Source of the DNA: Camelus ferus
Taxonomy: Eukaryota
NCBI RefSeq assembly: GCF_009834535.1
Contig: NC_045696.1
Location: 104,472,001-104,536,000, forward strand
Direction of reading: 5' to 3'
DNA: 64,000 nt
The position numbers and the translations under genes are program-made. The notes below the pieces were generated by a model that was not told where the DNA came from, did not search any database, and saw only the letters and a program-made list of their open reading frames with translations. This document shows, one piece after another, positions 37,211 to 49,200 of the stretch. Position 1 is the stretch's first letter. The number at the start of each line of letters is the position of its first letter.

Positions 37211-40200
37211 GAGAGCCCTCATCACGATAATTGCGCCTGTTGCAATCCTGTTCACTTCTGAAAGCAAACCTCCGGTCTCTTCACGGTCAAGTGCTGCATT
37301 TATGGTAGCACTTACGTATCTCTTAACCATTTAACCCGTGTAAAACTGCGCCAGTGTTTCCTCACTCTCTCTCTCTCCCTCACGCGTCATTGATGATGCT
37401 TTTGAGGGTTGAGCCCCTCGCCTCATTTTCCCCATTTTGTCCAGCAAGGTGAGTTTTAGGAACACATACATCTTGTCACAAAACAAAAGAGGACACGGTA
37501 GTTCAGGATTACATGAGGCCACGAGGTGAGGTGCAAGGATTCTTTCCCAAACATGAAGGACTGTGACCTACTTAAGTAAGGTTGGTGGTCTTATCCCTGC
37601 TTTTTAGCGGAAAAATAATTTAGAGATGATAAGACGTTGGAGATGAATAAAAGCACAATCGAAATGGCACCACACAAAACGGAGCAACCAACAAAAATGA
37701 ACACTGAGATCGTGTATGCGTGAATTTATTGAAACAACAACAGCAGAGGTTGAAAGTCAGAGCGCGTCAAGGCAACGGCGTGGTGACTGGTAACGGTGCT
37801 GGCTGGCAAGAACGAATGCCTGAGAGGTCCGTGCCACCCCGAGCCATCGGTTTGAATCACCAAGGAACATGAGCTGTGGGTACTATTAGTTTATGACTCT
37901 CGAACGTGTGTCACATAGAACATTGCTAGATGGAATCCTTTTGCTGAAGGAGAAATGAAAAGCTGTGGAACTGCCTGTCCTCACCTATGAGAAACTCAGG
38001 AAGTCCCGCATTTATGGTCAGTCTGCAGCCACCAGGGGGCTCCCCACAGATGCCCTGTGGGCCACTGGCCATCACCTTGAACAAACCAGTGGAGCGGAGG
38101 GGCTGGGCTTAGGGACTGCCAGATGGCTTCGTTCAGTGAGCAACCATTTGTTTGGGGTTTCTGTGTACTAGGCGCTCCTTGGAGCATCACACAGGGCAGT
38201 AGAGGAGTCAGGAACGGTCCCTGCCTTGTGCAGCCCAAGCCGTCCTATCAGAAAAGATAAGTACCCTGAAGGGAAGAGCGGTGACTGAGAGGGACTCTTT
38301 AGATGGAGACAGCTTCTGTCTGAGCTGAGGCCTGAGCATCACGGATGATGCCCGTGGGGAGACTCAGAGAGGCTTATTCACGTGATTCAGCAACGATCTT
38401 GGCCTGACTCTGTCAGGGCTGAAAGTTCAGGTCAGTGAAGGTCTCCACACCTCTCATATCTCATCAGCCAAGTAGGGACCACAGTGCTAACCTTTCAGTG
38501 TTGGGATGAGGACTGATCAGGTGCAACAATGTGGGTCTGGCAGCAGTAGGGCTCCCATCGAAGTTGTTCCTTCCCCAGAGAGGAAGGGGGATGGCCAGTC
38601 CACAGAGGGCAACATCCCCCTGCACTGTGACCCTGCCATGCTGCAGATAACCACGTCACCTGGGTTTAGTTCTGAACCCCGATGTTAACCAGCCTCCCTT
38701 TAAGGGGTGTCTCAGAGCATGCCGTGAACAAAGATTGCACACCATGTTGTGAAGTTCATCACCAGGGAACTTGCCAGGGGAGGATGTTTAGGTGACAGTG
38801 GCTGCAAGTGAATACACTCAATTACATGTTCATCCTCAGAGCTCCCAGGATCTGTGTCTGGAATGGTCCATCACCTCCTGGAGGATGAGATCATGGAACT
38901 GCTATGGCCCATGCTCCAGAGGCCCCAAGTTCAATCTAAAGGACACATCACTGGAGGACAGGAGGGCTTTTTGTCAGGTGTACCTGAAAGTCACAGTGCT
39001 GTAAGCAGCTGTCCACACATGACTAGTCTTGTTGTGCCCAAGTTACAAAATGTTTCATGTCACCATGCACCTGATCATGCCATTTCTTCTGTATGGAGTT
39101 CCTTTTCTATCCCTTTCTGTCTGTCACCTCCTCCATGCAGCCTTCCAGGATTTCTCCAGTCTGGGTAGAAACCCTCTTCTGTGCCCTCACAGCATCCTTG
39201 ACATTAGACTACAGCCTTAGACTCCAAGCTTAAAGTTACTCTGAATCTCCATCATTCTGCACAATGCCTGGCACAGAGGAGATGCTCACTAGATAGTGGT
39301 AAAAAGTGTGAATGAATCCTACAAGATATCATCTTGGAATTAATTATTCATTTGTGTGCCTGCTTAGCCCTCTAACTCGGAACTCTTTAAAGGCGAGGAT
39401 TGTGTTTATTTTTGATCCCTCCACCCTGGATCTGAGCAAAGCAAATCTTTGCCAGGTGGGCCTGGGGAGTCCCAGAGACCTAACTTTGATTATGGCCATG
39501 ACAGCCCTTCTTGAGTCACAGACAGAGCCCGTAGCCTCTTTGCAGCTTCTCTGGTACTGCCCCTCTCTGCCCCTACCCTCAGTCCTGCAGAACCATCCAT
39601 CCCAAGAGCAGCCCACCACATGTTTGGTTCTCTTTGTTCTCAGCAAGGCAATTGGTACAGAATTGATGATAGAGGAATCTCTTCCCAATAACAAGACATG
39701 GTAGCAAGGAGGAGGCCTTTTTCCTTCCCCTCCTCACTCCTCTCTCTCTGAAGCCTTTTTCTTTAGAGATGCAGACCAAAAAAAAAAAAAAAAAAAAGCA
39801 GAGAAGATGGTTTTACTTGGGGGGGGGGGGTGCTTGGTGCCCTCCACCACCAGTTCTTGAGTCTGTCCTTCTGTTGGCGGGTAAGAAGTCTCCCACAGCA
39901 CCTCCTTCTAGAAGCCTCCTCTGTTGGAGAAACCCAAGACGTCCTTGGTTAGATTCCCTTCATTCTGTGGAGCCTGCGGGCATCTCTTTCTCGTCCAGCT
40001 ATTTTAGAGGTTATCATTGACCTCCAGTCAGTGAGAAGAAATTCCACCTCAAGTCCCTTTTAGAAGGAGTGTAAATAAAGAATCAAACAAGTAGCGGAGG
40101 GAAAGCCCGTGGAGGTACAGCACTAGCAGAGTTTTCATTCCTTTCGCCACCTCTGGTTGTGGGGGCAAGGCCCTCTCCGGGGAGTAATTAGGCACAAAAG

Positions 40201-42399
40201 AGTTTTAAGAACATCACACCTGCCAGTTGCTTCAGTCACCTCATGAGGCTTATTGTTGATGGTTTGTGAAGAGCAGGCAAAATTGCAACCATAGAGTAAA
40301 AGAAATCAATGACACTTTCAGAGTGTAGCATCCTTGAGAGAGTGAGAGGCTCACACACACATCTTTCATTTTCCAAGAAGGAGCTGGCATGGGGATTTAA
40401 AGAGCAAACTGCAAGTCGTCCAATTCAGTTTTTGCCACAGGAAACACGTATTCCTCTTCATTTCCTTGAGGGTTGGATGGCTCAAAGAGCCTCAGCTTTC
40501 TCTTCTGTAAAGGTCGTATCTACCACCCAGAGTCGGATGGATTAAATGCCCAGTCTTTTCAGCCCCAAACACAAGGGACATGTTCAATAGATAGGTTATT
40601 ATAAATTATCATCTATTCAATACCATTTATTACAAGAAATAGGAGGATGTGCAATTATTAAGCATCTACAAGGTGCTAAAAACTTTTATACCTGTTCCTT
40701 CATTGAATCCTCCCAGCGACCCAGTGGGGGGTTACTATGTGAGTGGGTGTTACTATCTTAATTGTGCAGATGAGAAAACCATGGCTGAGAGCTGGTGTGA
40801 CTTGCCCAAGGCCACCCGGCCCTTTTACAATAGCTCCTCCATGATTCTGAGGCTTTGCCAGAACTGAGAATGGTGATTTTCACAGATTCATTTGTGAGCA
40901 TGCAATTTACACAGGCACAGAAAAAATAAACAGATGATAATCTCTGATGTTGACAAAGGATCAAGGAGTGCTGTCAGTTTCATCACTGCTTGACCTCGAG
41001 GGCTGGTCATGGGGGCCGAGGTGTTGTTCTGACACTGAAGACTGGGAAGACCTGGACTTGAATCTGCTCTCCCCCAGATGTGGGTCACGTGACCTTTGCA
41101 AAGCAGTTGTCATCTCCGGGCCTCCACTGCCTCACCTGTAGCTTTGAGACAGTTACGCCTCCTCACGGGCTTGTCGTGAGCATTTAAGGGGAAGGGCCCA
41201 ACACAATCACCTTCCCGCTGAAGCCTCATGGTAGAAATATCTTACTTCTTGTTTCACAAGCTTTCTAAATTTCTCTGAACTGCCCTGCTTGGAAACGAAA
41301 TCTTTTCAATTTATAATGGGTCTAGGATTAATTTAAGAATTGTGTTTCAATTTCTTTTTAAAAGAAGAGAAAAAAAGTCAACTGCCTGTTGTTTTAATAA
41401 TCAGGCTCAGTGACCCCCACACATATTTCTGAAAAGACTAACCCAGGAATGCCTTCAGGAATCAAATTCCTTCTCCGTGGATTGGGGATTTAGAAACATG
41501 ATGATTGTATTATAACTCTTGCTGAATTTGGGAAACATATATTTTCTTATCAGGAGACTATTAGCCACTTGGAATGCTTTTATTAGACGCCTGGAGGTGG
41601 AAAAAAGCTAATCTGAGACTTCCAGACAGCTCAGGTTTGAGGGCTCTTCTAATCCAAGACACTCAGTTCCGTTGTTCCAACTCTGCTCTCAGAAGTGATG
41701 CAGGGGGATGAAAGAGAAAGATACAGGTGTGTCAGAGCACTCTTCCTTCCTTAAACTGTGCATGTTCAGGGGCTTCCGGTGCTTCCTGGTCTCAGCTTTT
41801 AGCAGCTGAAGAAGCATCAGTTTCTCTAAGAAATCGCTGGATTCATATGAGATGAATGACTGGATGTGGGGATACTGGGAGTGGGAGGGCTAGAAGGAGG
41901 TCCCCCTGATCAGGGAGTGTTCAGGCAGCTGACATTCTAACCTATCTTTGCAGGCATCCACCACCTGATATCTTTTAACCACCTGGACTTTCTCCTAGAG
42001 ATGGGCGACTTTGATTTGGGTACCAAAGGACTTCTTTTCCTACCAGGAGAAGTTAGGGAGGTACCTATGCTTAACGGGGAGCATCTTTATCTCCACTGAT
42101 CATCCAGGGCATCTGAGTTGGGGATGGGTGAAGAGGCAGAGATGGGTTGGAGGGGTAAGTGAAGGTCAGATGATAAATGCTGGCTAAGAGGTTTGGGTGT
42201 CATCTTAGGGCATGAAAGATCCAGACTGTGCTTTGGAAAGGTCATTTGGCAGCTGGATTAGGCCTGGGGTTCATTTTCAGAACACCAGGACACACCTGAT
42301 TGTCACTTCTTAATCAATCCACACGAAGGTCATCTCTGACAGGGTCACACGGTAAGGAATTAACTTCAATTTAATTGAACTAAATTCAAGAGTCTTAAC

Positions 42400-42610
42400 T
42401 CTTTAGCTGGACAGGCTCAGGTTTGAACCCTGATGCTTCCACTTCTTAGCTGTGTGGCCTTGGGGAAATCACAGAACTTCTCTGAGCTTTGTTTTCTCAT
42501 CTGTAGAATGAAGATAACCCAAAGCTACCTTTCAGAGTTGCTTTGGGAATCAGAGAAAAGGTACCCAAAGCACCAGGAACAGAAGGCCACTGCTGCAACT
42601 ACTATCATCA
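42400..42610 (+). mobile_element. MIR SINE
   Basis: agctgtgtggccttggggaaatcacagaacttctctgagctttgttttctcatctgtagaatg. Many further MIR cores occur (e.g. ~7400, 19950, 24900, 25100, 25700, 27700, 35680, 40780, 41080, 43900, 44350, 51050, 51250, 51950, 53080, 54050). Confidence 0.75.
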
Positions 42611-42914
42611 GACTTGTATCATTCTTACTATTATTCTAGATGCCATGTATTTACTGAGCACCTATTATATGCCAGACAGAGCTCTAGGCATGGAAGGCAG
42701 AGAAGTGTGACTCATAACCTCTAACTCAATGGCGCTGATGGTCAGGGCAGTGGCAGACACACAGCCAGCTTGAAGGCAGGCAGAGGGACAAAACGCAGAC
42801 CCCAGAGAACAAAGAGGAAGAGGTAAGTTATATCGACTAGGGGCAATCACAGGAGGCTTCCTGGGGGAAGTGACCAGGGCTTTGTTTTAATATAGGTTGT
42901 ATTAATTATTTAAG

Positions 42915-43436
42915 TGTGAAAGACCAAAAGATCAGGGTATTATTGTCATTGAAAAGAGGATATTATTGCCCCTTGGCATGTGGATGCCCACAGTCTGCAC
43001 TTTTTTTTGGCAAAAAAACTCCACACCACACTATTTCAACTTTATTCACAAGTCCCAAAGAGAGGCGACCCCACACCACTGGGAGCATATGGAGAAGCAC
43101 TGGGGTCAAGAGCCTTTACTGTGGTTTCCATGGGACAGAAGAGGCTGGGCAGGGTAAGCAGCCTCAGCACTGTCCAGTTGGTATAATTGCAGTGACCTCT
43201 GCGGCAGTGGGGTGATTAGGCAGGTGAATGGTGGCAGGGTTGTGTGAGCCCGCCCAATAAAAGACGGATGGGGTTGTGGATTCTGAATGGCTTGGTTTGC
43301 ATTTGAAAGGCAGAAGTGTAAGCTGTTGCTCTCTCTAGGCGTTGGCTAAGCCTGAGAAGGGCAGGCCGTCCAGGCTCAGCAAGGCCCCAGGTGTCAGAGC
43401 ATCAGGACACAGACAGCAGGAGGCATGGCTAACACA
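42915..43436 (-). mobile_element. ERVL LTR (MER74/MER76/MER88-like)
   Basis: catatggagaagcactggggtcaag...aaggccccaggtgtcagagcatcagg...ggctaacaca. Confidence 0.7.
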
Positions 43437-44189
43437 GCACTGTTAGAAGGAGGGGCTTGTGGGGCCAGAGAGAACCCCAGGGTGTCTCCTCATGGCCTTG
43501 GAGCTGGACAACGTTAGAGGGCTATTTAGATGGAAAATGATGTGAATAGTGTCCCCTACTCAGCAGCCTGGCAGCGCTCAGAAAGTGTAGACAAATGTGA
43601 GGCTGGGGGTGGGTCTCTAGCAGGCCAGGTAGGAGGTGGGCCAGAAGGGAACTCTGGGGCCAGGTTACAAGGGACATGAGTGCTGGGCCAGGGAGTGGGC
43701 TTTGTGTAAAAGGGAGTGACAGGAGCCAACTTCTGAGACTCGCCTTCCGTCTCCTCTCCCCACGCAGCTCCTAGAGTGAATTCCTCAGGATCTCAGCCTG
43801 ACTGTGGGTAGGGCCATGACGACAGTCAAGACGACAGAGTATAGAGATGAGGGTTGAGACCTCAGAGCCCTGCCTCCTCTGCTCACCAGCTAGTGCACCT
43901 CAATTTCCTCATCTGTAAAATGGGGAGAAATGATAACTGCATCTCAAGGGGATGGTGTGAAGATTAGGTAAGTTGCTCTGTGCAGTAGAACCAGAACTCA
44001 GGCCAGGACTGTGTGACTCCAAAGCCAACCCCTTAAAAGGATTCCTTGCTTTTCTGAATTCATTTTCTTTTACATTTCTTCTACCGCTTTTGTGGGCCTA
44101 CGACCGTGGGGTGGGACATTCAGCAGGAAGGAGGCAGGGAGGTGGTGAGGAGTCAGAGGCTAGGCATCCAGTCCTGGTTCCAAGACCAG

Positions 44190-44310
44190 CTTCAGGCAGA
44201 GAAGGGCCTCATTCTTGGTTTAACATCGCTGTCTTGAACATCTTAATAAATTTAAAGCAAGAGGCTTTTCATTTTCATTTTGAACTGAAGACCCACAAAT
44301 TACATAGCTG
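44190..44310 (+). mobile_element. MER91-like hAT element
   Basis: gggcctcattcttggtttaa...gctgtcttgaacatcttaataaattt...ttttcattttgaactg; related copy at ~35990-36110. Confidence 0.6.
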
Positions 44311-45185
44311 CCTTTCCCAATGAGCAACCTTGGGCATGTTCCTTCATGGTTATGAGCCTCAGTTTCTTCATGTGTAGAATGGGAATATTCATTAACTACC
44401 CCCAAAGGGAGGAGCCTAGGCTTCAGTGTCAGACCCAGGTGTGAATCCCTGCTCTGCCACTCAGTACCATGTACTGGAAGCCAGTCAGTGCCTTCCCCTC
44501 CTGGGTTTACACACGCAAACACTGGTGATGTTAGCACCTACTTCAGAGCGGGGATAGGGTTTAGCTCAGATAACAGACGCAAACCACTCAGCCTGTGTCC
44601 TACACGTAAAAGACACATCTATTTTTCAGCATTAAATTACATGGCTTTCCCTTCCCCAGTGAAAAAAATTACACACAGGCACATTTTAAAAGGAAACAAA
44701 ACACAAACTCTCTGAACTCAGTTACAAATATAAGGAATCCTCTCCCTTTTTTATTTCTGACCCCTTGCCATTGACTGTATTTCATCTTCACAAGAGTTGC
44801 CTTTTAATTCTTGCTGAAAAGAGAGATCTTAATTAACTACAAAAGAGAAAGAGGGAGAGAGAATTATAACCCCAGGCCCAGATCAGACTGTACAAGTCAG
44901 GTCAGCCCTCTGCCTGGTGCTCAGTCCCTCTCCTTCCAGAGGCTGGTCCTTCTCTTCCTCCAGGTGCCACCCCACACCTGGCCATCTGGGCCTCACCTTG
45001 ATGACGAGTCCCCTGCCTCCACCCAACCCCTGCCTGGCCTTCCCTCCCAAGAATTATTTACTTATTTGTTTATTGTCCATTCCGTCTCTGGAGCATAATT
45101 TGTACATCACTCTGCAGGGCCTGGCACATAATAGTTGCTCAATAAATATCTATGAAATGAGTGAGTGATTAGATGTATGAAAATT

Positions 45186-45190
<5 letters not shown>

Positions 45191-45228
<38 letters not shown>
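45191..45228 (+). repeat. (AC)19 microsatellite
   Basis: Pure acacac run. Confidence 0.95.
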
Positions 45229-45232
<4 letters not shown>

Positions 45233-46659
45233 ACTCCACTTTTGGCTTCTAAAGGTGAAGAAGGTGATCACTGGGAACCCAGGGTGCCTGGACTGCCAGG
45301 CATTAGTATGGGAAGAGTTCAAGAAGTGGCTGCTCTGTGTGTGTGTGTGTTGTGTGTGTGCACATATGTACACCCCTCAGCCTCACTTTGAGCATCTGCA
45401 GGCAAGTGTGTATGATGATAAAATTGCATTTATCTGTGACTCCAATTTTGGAAACCGCCATTTATTTGCAACCTTTTTAGTCTCCTGAAAGTCTCAATAA
45501 ATGTCAGATGAAACAACCAGTAATTTGTCCTCAAATTTTGTTCTGCCTGTGAAGTTCGCTCCAGATTCCTGATGACAGAAGGGGTTTAATTTTGCCCCAA
45601 ATCACCACTGTGAATACTGACTCCTCGGCCTGAGCAAACCCTCCCACCTTCACCTGGGCGATTTCGGAGTTGTGCATGTGGGTGGACACGTTCAGGCCTT
45701 ATTCTAGGAGCACGTGGGAGACGGCAGACAGTTTCCTGCCCAACAGCTTCCCACAAAGCCCAAGGCTTCTATCATCCCCTTCTCCCTGCCCTGTCACTGT
45801 CGACCAGGAGACCCAGTGCCACCAGGTGAGGACCATGTAAAGATGGCTTGCTGGTCAGACTAACTGGAAAGATAATCCAAGACTAAACTGTTTGACTTTG
45901 TGGAGGGGAAAGGCCAGGGCAAGGATGGGCTCTGGAACAACGCTCCCCACTGTGGCCCGCAGACCGGTGGGGTCTCTGAACTGCCTGTTACAAGCCTGCC
46001 GTGAGCTACATATAGAAATCAGAGTAGCATTTAGAAACCTTTCTAGCAATTTGACAGAGTAATTTTATATTTGTTGAATCTAATAATGCTTTAAACATTG
46101 GCTTATATTTTGAATGTCTTGGCTATTTATTGCATTTTTCTTGAAATTTGTTTCTACTATATTTTTACAAAATCATGGTCCATGACTGATTGGGAAAATA
46201 CTGGTCCTTTACCACAAATGATTTGAGAAGCACTGCTCCAGATTAATAATCTATTTCCTAAAACTTACATCCAGAGGCTTCAAATCTGGAAGGCATGACT
46301 TTAGAGCACTGTAACATTTTACCCTATATATCCACAGGGCCATTAAAGCCTTCTGCTTCTGAATTTTAGATGATTCCCAAGATCAAACTCTCTTCCCTCT
46401 AGTCTTCTGGCCATCATCACTTCTCACCTGGACCAATCACTATGACAACTTCCTACCTTACCTCCCTCTGTCCTTCTAATCTACAGTGGTCACCATTGCC
46501 CCATGGCAACACATCTAATTCCTTTTCCAGGAAGTCCTCCAAGATTGCTCCAACCTAGACTGCGCTCTCTCCTCCCCAGTTCACAGGTCTTGCAATCTAC
46601 ATCATCTATGTGGGGCTCACACTGTGCTCCCCAAATTCCTGTCTATAGACAGATGTAGA

Positions 46660-46842
46660 GTCAGGGCCAGCCGCAGGAGAATCATCTGTAAAACTTCTCA
46701 AAGCACTAATTTCTGAGCTCTACCTTGGGAGATTCCAGTAGAAGATTTTGAGGAAGGTGGCCCTGGAAACTGTCATTTTAACCAACACCCTCCCCCCCAA
46801 ATAAATGATCTGGTTGCATGTACAGACTTGGAAACCATCAGC
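46660..46842. mobile_element. MER5-like hAT MITE
   Basis: agaatcatctgtaaaactt...ggccctggaaactgtcattttaac...ttggaaaccatc. Confidence 0.5.
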
Positions 46843-48764
46843 CCAAACAAGATTGGGTATTAAACTCCCACTCCTTCTCCCACCCCACTCGTGAGTGCCG
46901 GCAATCAGGGGAGGGGGCCGAGAAGGGATTTCTGCTCCCTACGCAGGATGCTCACCGGGAGATCTGTTTGCTGCCTGAAAACTGACCCAGCAGGGTAGGA
47001 CTTCACACCAAATGAGCTTAGAAACTTTCTTTCGAGGTCAGACGAGATAGGGCACGTTCAGGTGGTAGTGCCGTAGAATTCTTCACGTTGTGCAGGACTC
47101 AGCGCAGGCTGCATTCCCAGAAGAACCGCAGAGGCAGGAACAGGGTCCTCCGTGGAGAGACAGCCACTTCCCGTTGTGGGGCATTAGGTTGTACCTCCTG
47201 ACTGTGCCCTCCTCCCAGTGAGAGTAGTTCACATCCCTCCCCGGTGACTGCGGGCTTGGCCGTGTGTCTGGCTTTGAGCAGTAGACTAAACTATTCATTT
47301 ACTTCTGTGATCTGTGATTGTTTTTCATCTGCAACATTCAAAATCCTGTACCCCATCTGCACCCACCATCACCAATTCCACAAGAGCAAGGACGGTGTCT
47401 GTTTTGTTCAGTTTTTAAATCTCCAGTGCCTGGTGCAGTTCCTGGAATATCACAGGTTCTCATTAAATGTCTGGGGAATAAATGACAAGGATGCTTCTGG
47501 AAGATGCCTGTGCCCAGGTTCTGGGCTCCAGGAAGTCCCCCTGGCCTTCTTGCTCTGATCAGACTTTCCTCCTGTTGCCTCCCTCAGTGGATTTTCCTGC
47601 TTGTTCCAGGGAACTGAAGATGAATTGAATTGAAGACCTTGTTGCTGTTCCGCAGAACTGGGTTTGGAATTCACTCTGTGTGCTGCCTGTCCAGGGCCTG
47701 CAGATTCACACACAGCCCTTGGGTGAGTTCTGCTCTGCCCCCATGCCTGGCCCAAGCCCCTGGACATGGCACCCCGATCTGGCCAGGCCCTGTCCATCCA
47801 AGAGCTACGAGGGGGTCCATTCACTTCAGCTTGGTTGTCTGATGCTCCTGGGAGCACCTTAGTTTTCCAACAAGCCTCTGAGCCTGCTGGTGTGGGCACC
47901 ACCTCTTTAAAGCCTGGGCCTCCGCTTTCACCCTGGCTCCTCGCTCTCTGGGGCTGTCAGGGTAGCAGCTGATGCTGCAGTTGAAGTGAGCTAGAGGGTG
48001 TTCAGAAACCAAGACCCTGGCCCAGGGCTTGCACGCTGAATTCTCCCCAACCTTTTCCTCCCCAAAGATCCTCAGCTCACAGGCCTCTCAGCTCTCAAAG
48101 AGAAACAATGTCCCACAGAACTAATGCCAGAAAGGTGCAGAGACCAGGCAATTTAAGGGCAGCCTTTCTGCAAGACGGTTCTCCCAAGGGGGGATCACTA
48201 ACTCAACCAACCAGGGTACTTTCTCTTGGATTTATAGAAACTCTTCTCTCTTATGTCCAATAAACATGAGCATTTTCCAGGCAATTTTCTTATCTTGGGA
48301 CAAATGCATTATTGGTGCAAGATGGAGTAGCTATTCTTCAAGAGTCTTTACTTTTATGGCCGTGAGAAACATTTACAGCGCAAGAGTGTGGTTTTTCATG
48401 CACACAGTTTCGGCCTTTTTGTAAAGATGGCTTATGTAAACTTTTTGCACTCCAGTAACGTAAATCTCTTTAATCGATAGATCAGTTGCATATGGCAGCA
48501 GAATTTATTATTATTTTTTAAATAAAAGGACCATGACCGTAGGTAATTTTAGAGTACTGCAGGACTTTTCATTTCAATGAATGACGATTCTAAAACTGGA
48601 CCCAAATTATTATCTTTTCAGAAAATATGGCATGAATCTGCAGAGCCCATCAGATACCCTGGAAACCTGAGAGTCCACGTGCCCGGGGTGGGGAGAGATA
48701 TCCTTCACACAGCTGGGGGCAGCGTGAGCCATCACAGACCATTAGAGAGATGATGTATCTCGGG

Positions 48765-49200
48765 CCTCAAAATGCCCATACACTTTGGCTCAGGTAATAC
48801 ACTCCTGAGAAAGCAATCCAAAATACAGACAAAGATGTTTGCACAGATACTCACTGATGCACAAAAAAGAAAAACAGAACCAAGCTAAAACCAGACAGTC
48901 ATAGCATCTTATCTCACTGCAAGGACCCAGTCAAACACATCTGGTCTTACTGGAGGGAAAGTTCTGCTGCTGCTGAAAGGGTGGTGAGGTTTTGATGACA
49001 ATACAATGTGGCACAAAGTTAAGTGAAAAAACCACAAAATTCAAATGACTCTGGATGAAGGGAGAAAAGTATCCTCCAATATTGATCATATTGCATGACT
49101 TGGATCATGGGGAATTTTTATTGTGATAAGTATCCTTTAGAAAATTATTTTCAAATTGAGCATAAAACACTTTATAATTTAAAAAAAATGTTTACGTTTA
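48765..49200 (+). mobile_element. Old L1ME fragment
   Basis: aaaatgcccatacactttggctcaggtaatacactcctg; A-rich. Confidence 0.5.
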
